From the NCBI RefSeq assembly GCF_032191835.1, contig NC_083230.1, positions 58,590,001 to 58,654,000 on the forward strand: a stretch of DNA of 64,000 nucleotides, in the 5' to 3' direction. The stretch's first letter is position 1, and each line of letters opens with the position of its first letter. Under the pieces are notes generated by a model. The model was not told the origin of the DNA, did no database searches, and was given only the letters and a program-made list of their open reading frames with translations. The stretch comes from Heteronotia binoei. Its lineage: Eukaryota. The position numbers and the translations under genes are program-made. This document shows, in pieces, positions 38,301 through 49,675 of the stretch.

Positions 38301-39353
38301 ATGTGGCCAGTGCACATCCTCCCCACTCTCTATGTGTGCATTGCACAGTGGCAGTAGAGACGCCGTCGAGCACGCAGGTACCAGGAGCACCTGAGCACTT
38401 TGCGTCCTGAGGATGCCACCTGTCTGGACTGCTTTCGCCTGGACTGCATCACCATCTAGGACCTGCGTGAGCAGCTCAGGGTGAGCCTCTCCAGCCAGGT
38501 GACCACCCCCCGCCCCACCCCTGTCCTCATCTCCCTGCACTTCCTGGTGACCAGCTCCTTCCAGGGTGTGGTAGCCGAGATCCTGGAGGTCTCCCAGTTG
38601 TCAGCTAGCCGCTGCCTCCACTCCTTCCTAGACACCATGCTTCAGCACCTCCAGCAGTGTGCGCGCTTCCCAACAGGCGAAGAGGAGCTGTGGACTGCCA
38701 GGCAAGGAGGAGCTGCGGAGCTGGCTTCACGGTTGCAGGGTTCCCCAATGTTGTGGGGGCTGTGGACTGCACGCATGTCGCCCTGGTGGCCCCACGGGAG
38801 GAACCCATGGTGTACCGGAACAGGCATCACTTCTACAGCCTCAACGTGCAGGCATCCTGTGACCACCAGGCACCCTTCGCAGATCTGGTGGTGAAGTTTC
38901 CAGGGAGTGTACACGATGCCCAGATCTTCACATCTTCGGGCCTCAATCACCTCCTGGCAGTCTGGATGGGCAGGGGTGGTTGCTAGGTAAGGCCACCAGG
39001 TGGCGGCGTGGGGTGCCCCTCGCATCCCTGTCTTCACCTTCCTGTCCTCCACAGGTGACCGAGAGTTGCTGCCCTACCTGCTGATGCCATACCAGGAGGA
39101 CACGCCTGAGGACAAGGCAGCATATAACCAGGCGCACAAGGCCACTCGCATGGTCATTGAGCGTGCCTTCAGGCAGCTGAAGATGAGGTTCCGCTGCCTG
39201 CACCACACAGGTGGCCTACGCAGCATGCAGCCCTTGCCTGTGGCTAATCTGGTCTCTGTGTGTATCTTGCTACACAACATCGCCACCTGTCAATGCCTGC
39301 TGGCCCCCCAGGACCTTCCCCTTCCCCTCCTTTTCACCGATGGGGTAGGATGA
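38301..39353 (+). pseudogene. Harbinger (HARBI1-like) DDE transposase, two exons
   Basis: FRLDCITI*DL; VLISLHFLVTSSFQGVVAEILEVSQLSASRC; GFPNVVGAVDCTHV; YRNRHHFYSLNVQ; FPGSVHDAQIF; WLL-G|D across intron 38987-39054; YNQAHKATRMVIERAF...RFRCL; CILLHNI. Two stops and at least two frameshifts. Confidence 0.95.
38991..39007 (+). promoter_or_regulatory. CTCF-like core motif within the transposase intron
   Basis: GGCCACCAGGTGGCGGC matches the CTCF core consensus CCACCAGG(G/T)GGCG. Confidence 0.45.
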
Positions 39354-42300
39354 GGAAGCGGGAGCATGGGCCACCGCCCAGCAGGACTTTGAGGGGCACT
39401 TGCATCAGGAGCATGGGTGAGCTCACATATGGGCCAATTGGCGCGCAGGCAGGGCACCCAGGGATGAGAGCATGCCGTGAGTGTGGCTGCTCACACACCT
39501 GGGGCTTCGCTCCCATGTATGCTGATACCTCTTGGGCACTTCAGTGTATTATTAAACCAGTATTGTCGGGACCACTCTTGGGATCCCTTCAAAAATTCAT
39601 GCACTTGTTGGAAAAGGCATGGGGAAGATGACGAAATGGTAGGCAGAGATGAAGTTCTGGGGGGAGACAAAAAAAAAAGACAAGATAAAAACGTAGGTAG
39701 GGGACCCGGGAACCTTTGTGCAATGCCAGGCATGCCTCGGCAGGGTTCCTGCATGCCATGGCCGTGGGACTGTCAGTCAGGGCAGCACGGCAGGCATTCT
39801 GTGAGGTGTGAGTGGCAACAGACTCAACTCCAAGCTGAAGCTGCTCCTCAGCAAACAGCGGCCAACGGGGACGATAGCCACCACGCACACCTCTCCATGT
39901 GCTCCCTGGACTGAGCAGGCGCACCTTCAAGTCCACAGGTTTATCTCATTTGCATATCTAGAAGCCCCCCATGGTGGCCCTCGCCGCCCCCTGCTAGTGG
40001 CCCATGCGTGACCCCCCTGAGCCCGCTCCAAAGGGAGCTGGGAGGAGCCGATCATGCCAACACTCTCAGCCAGGACTAACCCGCCCCCAGCGTGTAGCAG
40101 CTGTAAGCCGCCTCAGAACACAGCAGAGGCAGCTTGGCTTAGTGAGCTACTCCCCTGCCTCATTATGCTGGCCCTGTGGGTTCGAGACTGTCCTGCAGCA
40201 GGACTGCTCACACGCCCAGCTTCCCTCTTTATTGAGCCTGCCATCCAGCCGCCATTTTTTGGTCAGCCAAGTCAACTCCCTGGGCCACCCCCCCTTTCCT
40301 GTGGGCACCCACCCTGATCTCAGCCCCCCTGTCAGTGGCATCACAGACCCAGGCAGCGTGGACACATGGTGCAGCCCAGACAAGTGTTTGCCTCACTGTC
40401 TATCAGCCCCCACCCCCCCACCCCGCTATCACCCACTGCATCTCCCACACAATTGCACTAAGTGGGTGCCACAAGAGTCCCCCCGGCCACAGAGCCATGC
40501 CTTTTGGACAGCCATGAGCAGAGTGCGCGGGGGGTACAGGGGGCCGGGGCGAGGTGGGAAAAGTAAAAGACACAGAAGACAAGATGGGCATGATGGGTTA
40601 CGTTTATTGATCTGCAAGCAGGGAGAGCAAGCTTGCACGTGGAGGTTCCTGCTTCCCACAGTCGAAGATGCCGTTGCCGGAGGACACACCAACAGCTGCA
40701 GGGCTGATGGGACCTGCCGGCTGTGCTCCAGCAGCCGCAGAGGCTGGAGTGCAGTGTACACACCTGAAAGACAGAGAGACAGGGGGGAGCCTTGCTGTCT
40801 GCAGGCATAGGACTCCTAGGCAAGCCTGCAGGGAGCAGGGCAAGCGCCCCAGCTTTCTCTGGTGGGGCCATCCCACACAATTCCAACTGTCCTGCGTAAC
40901 GGGCCAACTGACTCGCATGTGAGCCCGCAATCACGCAGCCGTGGAGGGGTCTGGCGCAAGCAGCAGGACCTGCCCTAGATGGCAAGGCGCTGGCTGGGTT
41001 GCGGACAGCCAGGACACGTGTCACACCCCCTTCGCCCCTGCATGGGGATGACCGAGACACGGGGTGGGATGGGGCTGCCAGTGGAATGGACAGCCAAGGC
41101 GCACCCCCACATGAACATGTGCGGTGGCCGGCACCCCGGCCGAAGCCACAACCACACTGGACAGTGTTGGGGGCTGCGGGGACTCCTAGCCGGACTTACC
41201 CATCCATGCAGGGGGCTCTGGAAGCAAGACCTGTTAGGACTGGGAAGCAAAAGTGGTTAAACAGGCAGCCCAAATTTTGCTCACCTCCCTCAAAGTCCAG
41301 CTGCTCTAACTTAACTAACATCCTTCTCTGTGCCGTTCCCTCCACCAAGTGCACCCCTCCTCACACTAAGACCCCACAGAATGGCCCTCCGGAGCAGAGT
41401 GCCTTGCCGTGCGCCCTACCCTCTTTGGGGAGTTGTGCGTGGCAGGAGTCGAAACCTTTGTAGGGAGGGGTGTCACTGATTGGGTGCAGGAGGGGGGCCA
41501 TGCCCAGACCGGAGCAGGAGTGGATTGGTGAGTGATAACACAGCTCCCAAATGGGTTTGTGTGCTGCTGCACCGGCACCACCAGTGTGTGCTTTGTGTTC
41601 CACTAGTGCCTATGAGGTATGCCAGCATTTTGCGTGGCGCAGGTTTGTGCCTGGCGGGGGGGGGGGACGTTCTTGAATCGAAAGCTCTCTGGGAGCAGAC
41701 CAGCAGTGGCCACGCCCCTGGGTCAGGCCCCTCCTACACCGAAGTGCCCACGGTGGCGGCCAGAGAGTGGCACATGCCCCATTTCCGCAGGCGCAGAGGA
41801 GGATACGCCGTTGTAGGTCTCCCTACCACCGGCGTAGCAATAAATCCACTTCCACAGCACTTCCCCCCCCTCTGGATTGTGCTGTAAACCATACTCTCCA
41901 GAGAACGCATATAAATAAAATCACAGTAATATTTGTCCTGGGTTGGGGGGAATCTTTTCTAACTCTCATAATCGCTTATGCCCAGTCACAAAGATTGGGC
42001 TGGCAAAGAATTGTGTTCCCTCTGTACCCATTAACAGAAAGTAATCCCAGCAGCTTCAGCTTTATCAGTGTTTGTGATAGAAGGATGCTTTGATGAAGAG
42101 GAGGCTGATTCATTCTTGGTTTTAGGAAAAGGTATGCAGAAAGTTTTAAGTATTTTAATCCATGACATTTAGCAGCACAAACAACAGAAGGCATTGCTTT
42201 AAAACAGAAACAAAAAGAAATGGAAGGGTGTTGTACACACTACAAGATCTGCTGTGTAACATAATGGAGAAAATGGTAAATCTTTGCTAACAACAGTTGA

Positions 42301-42479
42301 CATATACCCATATGCTAAATATCAGTCATGTTACCATTTTATAAACTTAACAAACTGCCCTGTTGAATGCCAGTATTGATTAATTATACAATATATACTG
42401 AAGTATATGATTATGATACAGAGGTTTTTGATGGTTTCCCACTCCAGTTTTACAGACAAGTTGTTTTTATACATGACTC

Positions 42480-42553
42480 AGCACGGCCTGGCATGACATT
42501 GTCCATGGGGTCGCAAAGAGTCAGACTTGACTGTGCGACTGAACAACAACAAA
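42480..42553 (+). mobile_element. BovB 3' tip
   Basis: GTCCATGGGGTCGCAAAGAGTCAGACTTGACTGTGCGACTGAACAACAAC. Confidence 0.85.
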
Positions 42554-44425
42554 CAGCATCTGAGGGTAGCATGGTATTTTAACACATTAAACTGATTAAA
42601 ACCCATCTAATTCCCAGTAGTGTCATCTCTGAAATCGTCAGCCATTTAAATCAATACATACTTTAATGGAAAGACCCCCCCCCCCCATTTTTAATAGAAA
42701 TATAACAACTATTCCAATCAAATTATGATTCTCTTCCACCTTGTATCTAACCAAGACAAATCTTTACCTTTTTTTGTAGGGATAAGCAAAAACCAGGAGA
42801 AATAATGGTTCATTTCATTTTGTGATTTGATTGATTTCTGACCCAGTTTGTGTTTCATTGATTCATTTGGTTCAAGAGGTGTAAAACTCACCAGGAGTCT
42901 TCAGCAGGCTCTCCTCCACCTTCCAAGTTTGGCAAAGATTGAATTTGGAATGTGCAAGTTATAGCACCCCAAAGTGGGTGCCCCCAGGAAAGCTCAGTTT
43001 CAGCTCTTCATGCTGCAGAATGGGAGCTCTGTGATTGGCTCCCAGAGCTGCCAATCAAGCTGCTATGGGTGTTTCTTGGGCTCCCAGAAGTCCACCCCCC
43101 ACTGTTGCTTGGAATTCATTGAATCAGCACTAGCTGACCATGTTTGAATGCATCTGTAAGCTCGGTTTTATTTTGATTTTATATCCAATGTTTAAATTTT
43201 TATATTCTGTGTATTTTTATCTGAATCTATTATGCCATTAAAGGTTTGGTATGGTATGGAATCAGCACTAGGCTGTCTGAGAAAATGAACTGCAAAAATG
43301 AACCAAACAAAGCACCAAGGTCCAGACCAGTTTGGAATGAATTGCAAATCAGCCTGATTCTTGCACAAATCCTGATTCGTGGTTCAGTTCATGCCCATGT
43401 CTACTTTTCTGTTATACTGGCAGCTTAACATGAAAATAAAAAGATTTGACTAAGATCATTTTTATCTTGCCCTTCCTCCAAGGAAATCATGCACTTATTA
43501 CTGGAAATGCTTGAGGTTTCCTCTTTAAGATGGGGAAATTAGCAAGAGGGAGACTTAGGTAGAGTGAATTAGGAGCTGAGATCTTATTCACCAATGATAC
43601 AGCGGTCTGGTTTCATAAAAACTCCAGATTGAATATATATTTTATAATGTTTACTAGAAAATTATGTAAAAAGGTACAATCACACGCACAAGCATGTTTG
43701 TATTTTAAGAAAAAATATATCTTTAATTGTGTTTCTCTGTATTCTTTATAAAATTTCTATCTCCACTACCTGGCATTACATTTTACGATATGCATGGCCT
43801 GGCCCCACAAAGTCCCATTTATGTCAGATCTGGCCCTCATAACAAATGAGTTCAACACTCCTGGGCTAAATGACTGGTTCAAAGAGAACCTATTAAGGCA
43901 CAATAGGACATTAGTATGGGAAGGTGTCCAAATGATCATGTTATTGGTGGAGGAGAGGTCAAACTATTCCCACTTTTGTTGCTTTTCATTCTCCTCCACC
44001 CCATTAGAGTATTTGCCCTGAAAGAGAAAATATACAGATACATTTCATTTCTCCATGAAATCAAAAGCTCCAAGAGATCAACATACATTGGGAATGCCAT
44101 GAGTTAAACCACCTGTGCTGTTATCCCAAGCCAGGTCAAGGGTTCTAGTGGCTCCTAAAAAAAGCTACGATGAATAACCCATTTAATTTGTCGTTGTACT
44201 TACTAACCTTTTTTTTCTTCTTCAAGGAATCTCAGATTAGATCTGAGAGTTCTGGAGGAATTTAATTCACCTACTGTTCTTGTGCTTTCTTTGAAAAGTA
44301 TGATAATTAAACCTATCTAAATGTCAGTATTGAAGCATAGATAACGCAAACAAATTTAACTGCTCTCCTCAGCCCAATACCAGTACATATTTGTCTGGCA
44401 ATAAGTATTGTTCTATGGCCCTTAC

Positions 44426-44637
44426 TTAGGTTTGTCAACTCCAACTTGGGAAATACCTGGAGATTTGAGGGCAATGAATGAGAAGGGCAGTGTCTGGAGA
44501 GGGAGATCAATGCAAATGTGATGCTATAGAGTTCACCATCCAACGCTACCATCCCCTTCAGGGAAAATGAACTCTGTAGACAGGAAATTAGATGGAGTTC
44601 CAGGAGAACTCCAGGCCTCTCCTTCAGGTTGGCAACC
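44426..44637. mobile_element. AGGGTTGCC-family MITE
   Basis: TAGGTTTGTCAACTCC ... CAGGTTGGCAACC. Confidence 0.65.
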
Positions 44638-45599
44638 ACAACTCACTTTGTAGCAGAGCCGAATCTAGGGAGGGCAGAAAGGGCAGTTGCTCTGGGTGCT
44701 GCAAAAGGGGGGAGCAGTGATGCCACAAGTCACAGGATTCATTGGTTCCCCCCCCCTTCCCTAAACTTCCCAGACTCTGCTGTGCCGCCCATCCTCCAGT
44801 GAGCCGAGCCACCCACCCAAACCCCTGCATCACTGCTCAGGCAGCAGCTGCCCCATCCACCTCACACACACCTCTGCCACACTCTGCCCCACATGTCCAC
44901 AGTCACCCACCCACCACAGAGCCTCTCTTCCTGCTGACTGCTCTACCCATCAGCACGTCTCCAACTACTGCCAGGGCAGGGGCAGTGACATGCAAGGCTT
45001 GATCTGCACACAAGGAGAGGTGCTGGCCGCATCCCCTAAGATCCTTGCATGCTGGGCACACAGCAGCAGCACCGAGCGAGCTGAGCAACAGCACATGCTG
45101 CCTGCCACTAATCTGTTGCTGATGCCTCTGCCCATCTGCCACTGCACCTGAGGCTGGCAGTGGCTACAGATCACTGATGCTCCTGAGCTCCTACAAGTCT
45201 CCAACAACACACTGCTAGGGCACCCACACCACTGCCCCTGGCCCTTATTTACAGTACACCAGCATGGCCACACACAAGTCTATGTGAGCGTGAGAGGGGA
45301 GTGCCTGGCAGGCTTGGCCTGTTATTGTGGAGTCGACAGTGGGGGCTCATAGGCCTCTCGTTGTGCCTCAGCCTGCCAGGTGTTCCATAGAGGGAGGTGG
45401 TGGATGTGGGTTGGGGTGAGGTGAGAGAGAGAGTGGGTCGCCGAGGAGGTGAGGCAGCTGGTGCCGGGTGGGCTCATTGCACAAAGAGCTTCTCCTAGAC
45501 TCATAAAATGGTGGGTGATGGCAAGAGCTCATCCTAAGGGGGCTCCTAAAATGCAAGTACTGCAAAACTGACCCTCTGGGGATGTGGGAAGATCCTCCT

Positions 45600-45850
45600 A
45601 GGTCTCCTGCTGCCTTCCCTACTCTCCTGCCGCTTTCCCCACTCATGTGCCAGCTTCTCCACTCTGCCATCCCTGCTCTTGTGCTAGCTTCTTTGCTCTC
45701 ATGCTACATTCCCCACTCTTGTGCCAGCTTCTCTGCTCTCCTGCCTCTTTCTCGCTCTCATATCACCTTCCCTGCTCTCCTGCTGCGGCAGCACCTTCCC
45801 CGCTCTCGTGCCAGCTTTCTTGCTCTCCTGTCACCTTCCCCACTCTCTTG
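45600..45850. repeat. Degenerate pyrimidine-rich minisatellite-like array
   Basis: Recurrent CTCTCCTGC(C/T)GC, CCTTCCCTGCTCTC and GTGCCAGCTT units. Confidence 0.6.
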
Positions 45851-47620
45851 AGAGTACCACTGTGATGGCTCAACAGGGGAGCAGGCTGCCCAGGTTTTTT
45901 AAAGCTTGTGATATCATTTTGTGCCTCACAGCCCCCCCCCCCTAAAATTTTATTCCCTGGGCTCTCCCGGTCTAGATTTTTTCTAATTATGGACCCACTT
46001 TGTAGTAGCTGTATTTCAAATCTTAACTTCAGCAATGCCAGAACTCCGCCCCCCCCCCCCCCCCACTGCACAATGGTTCTCAATGCTCAGCTACTGAGAA
46101 GATAATCAACCTTTCTTCTAGAAAGATAGATGCCTATACCACCAACCAAAATTAAAGCCATAAACCTGAGCAAAAGAGAGCTGAATCATGCAGAGAAACT
46201 ACCCAGACTTCAAAGAAATTTTTCCTGATTTAAAAAAACCTGTCTGCTAACCAACTAATCCTTTTGCCCAGGGATGTTAAACCACAGTTTAAGATGGAAT
46301 AAATGACTTGAAGCAAGTGCTAATTCAACCTTTCTATTTGATCTCTCAGTTCCAATTGTCCAATTTTGTCTTTTATAAATTTGTCCTTTCATTCTAGTCA
46401 GCCATCTGTCTCAGCTAAGTAACTCCATTATACCTCCACAATCTACATCAACTCTAGCAATTGTCGTTCACTTCTTGAACATCTTTGAAACCCTTTTTAG
46501 TATGGATGTGCCTTTGAATATTAACTAATGAAAATCTGAACCAATAACATCCTGTCTTTTAGTAAATCATTGTTTCCATGTTGAACATTAATAACAGTTG
46601 GTAATCTTGGCTGCTCTAGTGTCTGGATTTCTATTTTAGAATTCAAAAAGGCAACAGAGAGGGAGTGTAAATATGTCACTGAATTAATATGTCACTGAAT
46701 GTTTACCAATTAAGGGATTCTGAGATAGATATTTCCTCCAGGTCTGAACAGCAGCTTTTGAAAGAGATGTAGACTTGGCATGGAAGATTTCAGCATCATG
46801 ATAATGGCTTATATGAGTGGAGGCAATGTTATGGAGAAAGAGGAGATCTATTAATTCTGATTAAAATTCAGATCATCTTCTAATTCTGAAAAAAAATCTG
46901 GCTAAAATTCAGAAGTTCATTCTTGGAATATCTTTCTTCATGAGTTGTCTGAAAATTTGGGGAATTGTGGTTAACCCTCAAAATGCATGATGTGAAGTTT
47001 AGCTACTGACTCACAAATCTGGCCACTGAAAGGAGTTAGGTCTGATAGGTCTGATTCCCACACAGTATTGTTTACAACAATCCCACTCCTAGCTCACTGG
47101 TAAGAAGAAGGCTTAAATTTGATCCTATGTTAACAGTGGCTTCAATTTGGTTTCCCTTCAGTTCTCTTTCAGGCTGTCACAATAGTATTGCCATTGGGGA
47201 AGACAGAGGCAAATATTTTACTCACACATACAGGCAGGCAGTACTGCAAACTAGAAGACATACAGGCAAATGTGATGCCTCCATCCACCCAATGCCAAGC
47301 AGCATCTGTTGTGCTGTCTTATGGGGTTGCCAGGTCAGACTCAATAAATATCTGGTGACCTTAGAGGTGTACCCAGGAGACTTTGGGGGTGGAGCCAGGA
47401 GCAAAGGTATGACAACCAACATGACTGAACTCTGAAGGGAGTTCTGGCAATCACATTTAAAGGGACCGCATGCCTTTTAAATGCCTTCATTCCATTTAAA
47501 AATAATGAAGGATAGGGGCTTCTTTTGGAACTCAAAGAACTGGACCCCTGGTCCAATCATTTTGAAACTTGGGGGTGCTTTAAGGAGAGGTACCAGATGC
47601 TTTTAAGGAGAGGTACCAGA

Positions 47621-49599
47621 CAGAGTGCCAGAAGAACTATGGATGGAGGTTCATGACATTGTACAGAAGGCAGCAATCAGCACCATCCCAAAGAAAAAGA
47701 AATGCAAGAAAGCAAAGTGGCTGTCTGATGAGACTTTACAAATAGCTGAGGAAAGAAGGAAAGTGAAAGGCAAAGGTGAAAAGGAAAAATTCACCCAACT
47801 GAATGAAAATTTCCAGAAAACAGCAAGGAGAGATAAGGAAGCCTTCCTGAAGGAACAATGCAAAGCAATAGAGGAAAATAATAGAATGGGAAGGACAAGA
47901 GATTTTTTTAAAGAAAATTGGAGAAATCAAGGGAACGTTTTGTGCAAAGATAGCCATGATAAAGGACAAAAATGATAGAGACCTAACAGAAGCAGAAGAA
48001 ATGAGGAAGAGGTGGCAAGAATACACAGAAGAATTATACAAGAAGGATTTCAATGTCCTTGACAACCATCACAGTGAAATCGCTGACCTTGGGTCAGACA
48101 TCCTGGAGAGTGAAGTCAAATGGGCCTTAGAAAGCATTACTAACAACAAAGTGAGCAGAGATGACGGTATCCCAGTTGAGCTATTCAAAGTCCTAAAAGA
48201 TGATGCTGTTAAAGCGATGCACACATTATGTCAACAAATTTGGAAAATGCAAAAGTGGTCACAGGATTGGAAAAGGTCAGTTTATATTCCAGTCCCAAAG
48301 AAGGGTAATGCCATGGAATGTTCAAACTATTGCACCATTGCACTCATTTCACATGCCAGCAAGATCATGTTAAAGATCTTACAAGCTAGGCTTCAGCAGT
48401 ATGTCAATTGGGAACTAGCAGAAGTTCAAACTGGATTTCGGAGAGGTAGAGGAACTAGAGATCAAATTGCCAACATTCGCTGGATTATGGAGAAAGCACA
48501 GGAGTATCAGAAAAACATCTATTTCTGTTTCATTGACTATGCTAAAGCATTTGATTGTGTGTATCACAACAAACTGTAGCAAGTCCTTAAAGAGATGGGA
48601 GTACCAGACCATCTCACATGTCTCCTGAGAAACCTGTATAAGGGTCAAGAAGCAATGGTCAGAACAGGATATGGAACAACTGATTGGTTTAGAATAGGAA
48701 AAGAAGTTCAACAAGGATGTATATTGTCACCTTGCTTATTTAATTTATATGCAGAGTACATAATGTGGAATGCTGGCCTGGATGAAGCACAAACCAGAAT
48801 TAAGATTGCTGGGGAAAACATCAACAACCTCAGATATGCAGATGATACCACTCTAATGGCAGAAAGTGAGGAAGACCTAAAGAACCTCTTGTTGAAGGTG
48901 AAAGAGGAGAGCACAAAAGTAGGCTTGAAACTCAACATAAAAAAAACTAAAAACATGGCATCCGGCCCCATCACACCTTGGCAAATAGAAGGGGAAGACA
49001 TGGAAGTAGTGACAGATTTCACATTTCTGGGATCCAAGATCACTCCAGATGGTGACTGTAGCCATGAAATTAAAAGACGTTTGCTCCTTGGGAGGACAGC
49101 TATGGCGAATCTGGGCAGTATAATAAAAAGTAGAGACATCACCCTGCCAACAAAAGTCTGTATAGTCAAAACGATGGTATTCCCAGTAGTAATGTATGGC
49201 TGTGAGAGCTGGACCATAAGGAAGGCCAAGTGCAAAAGAATAGATGCTTTTGAGCTGCGGTGCTGGAGAAGAATCTTGAGAGTCCCTTGGACTGCAAGAA
49301 GATCCAATCAGTCAGTCCTAAGGGAAATCAACCCAGACTGCTGAAGCTGAAGCTCAAATACTTTGGCCACCAAATGAGAAGGGAGCACTCACTGGAGAAG
49401 ATCCTGATACTGGGAAAGACAGAAGACAAAAGAAGAAGGGGACAGCAAAAGATGAGATAGCTGGGCAGTGTTACTGATATAACTAACACGAATTTGAGCA
49501 GACTTCGGAGGATGGTGGAAGACAGGAGGGCCTGGTGTGACTTTGTCTATGGGGTTGCAGAGAGTCGGACTCGACTGTGTGACTGAACAACAACAACAA
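47621..49599 (+). mobile_element. RTE/BovB LINE, 5'-truncated ~2 kb, lightly decayed
   Basis: RT motifs WKRSVYIPVPKKGN, QTGFRRGRGTRDQI, FIDYAKAFD, QGCILSP, LRYADD; (CAA)n tail; TSD ACCAGATGCT (47592-47601, 49600-49609). Confidence 0.97.
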
Positions 49600-49675
49600 A
49601 CCAGATGCTCTGCTGAAAATTTGGTGCCTCTACCTCAAAAAACAACCCCCCAAAACCCCAGATACCCAGATCAAT

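Larger units (their letters stand above)
35701..41884. mobile_element. PIF/Harbinger DNA transposon, autonomous-type but decayed (6184 bp)
   Basis: TIRs CAGCCCAATCCAGA (35701-35714) / TCTGGATTGTGCTG (41871-41884), 13/14 match; TAA after the right TIR (left flank reads GGG); abrupt GC/CpG rise; transposase and Myb/SANT genes inside. Confidence 0.92.

Noticed and set aside
38301-39353. Host HARBI1 gene
   Set aside because: Stops, frameshifts, TIRs and a linked Myb gene indicate a transposon copy, not the domesticated gene.
39948-40260. U6-type Pol III small-RNA gene (octamer plus T6 terminator)
   Set aside because: No PSE or TATA at the expected spacing; one octamer is within chance expectation.
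35688-42093. Dozens of overlapping 60-270 aa ORFs (e.g. 36328-37101, 40004-40810)
   Set aside because: Expected in GC-rich, stop-poor DNA; only frames with transposase or Myb motifs were accepted.
44655-45990. GC-rich block as a second Harbinger or gene
   Set aside because: No matching TIR pair; LLGDP resemblance too weak; left unclassified.
46150-46600. Possible very old L1 ORF1 remnant (minus)
   Set aside because: Only a faint RDQIERLN similarity amid many stops.
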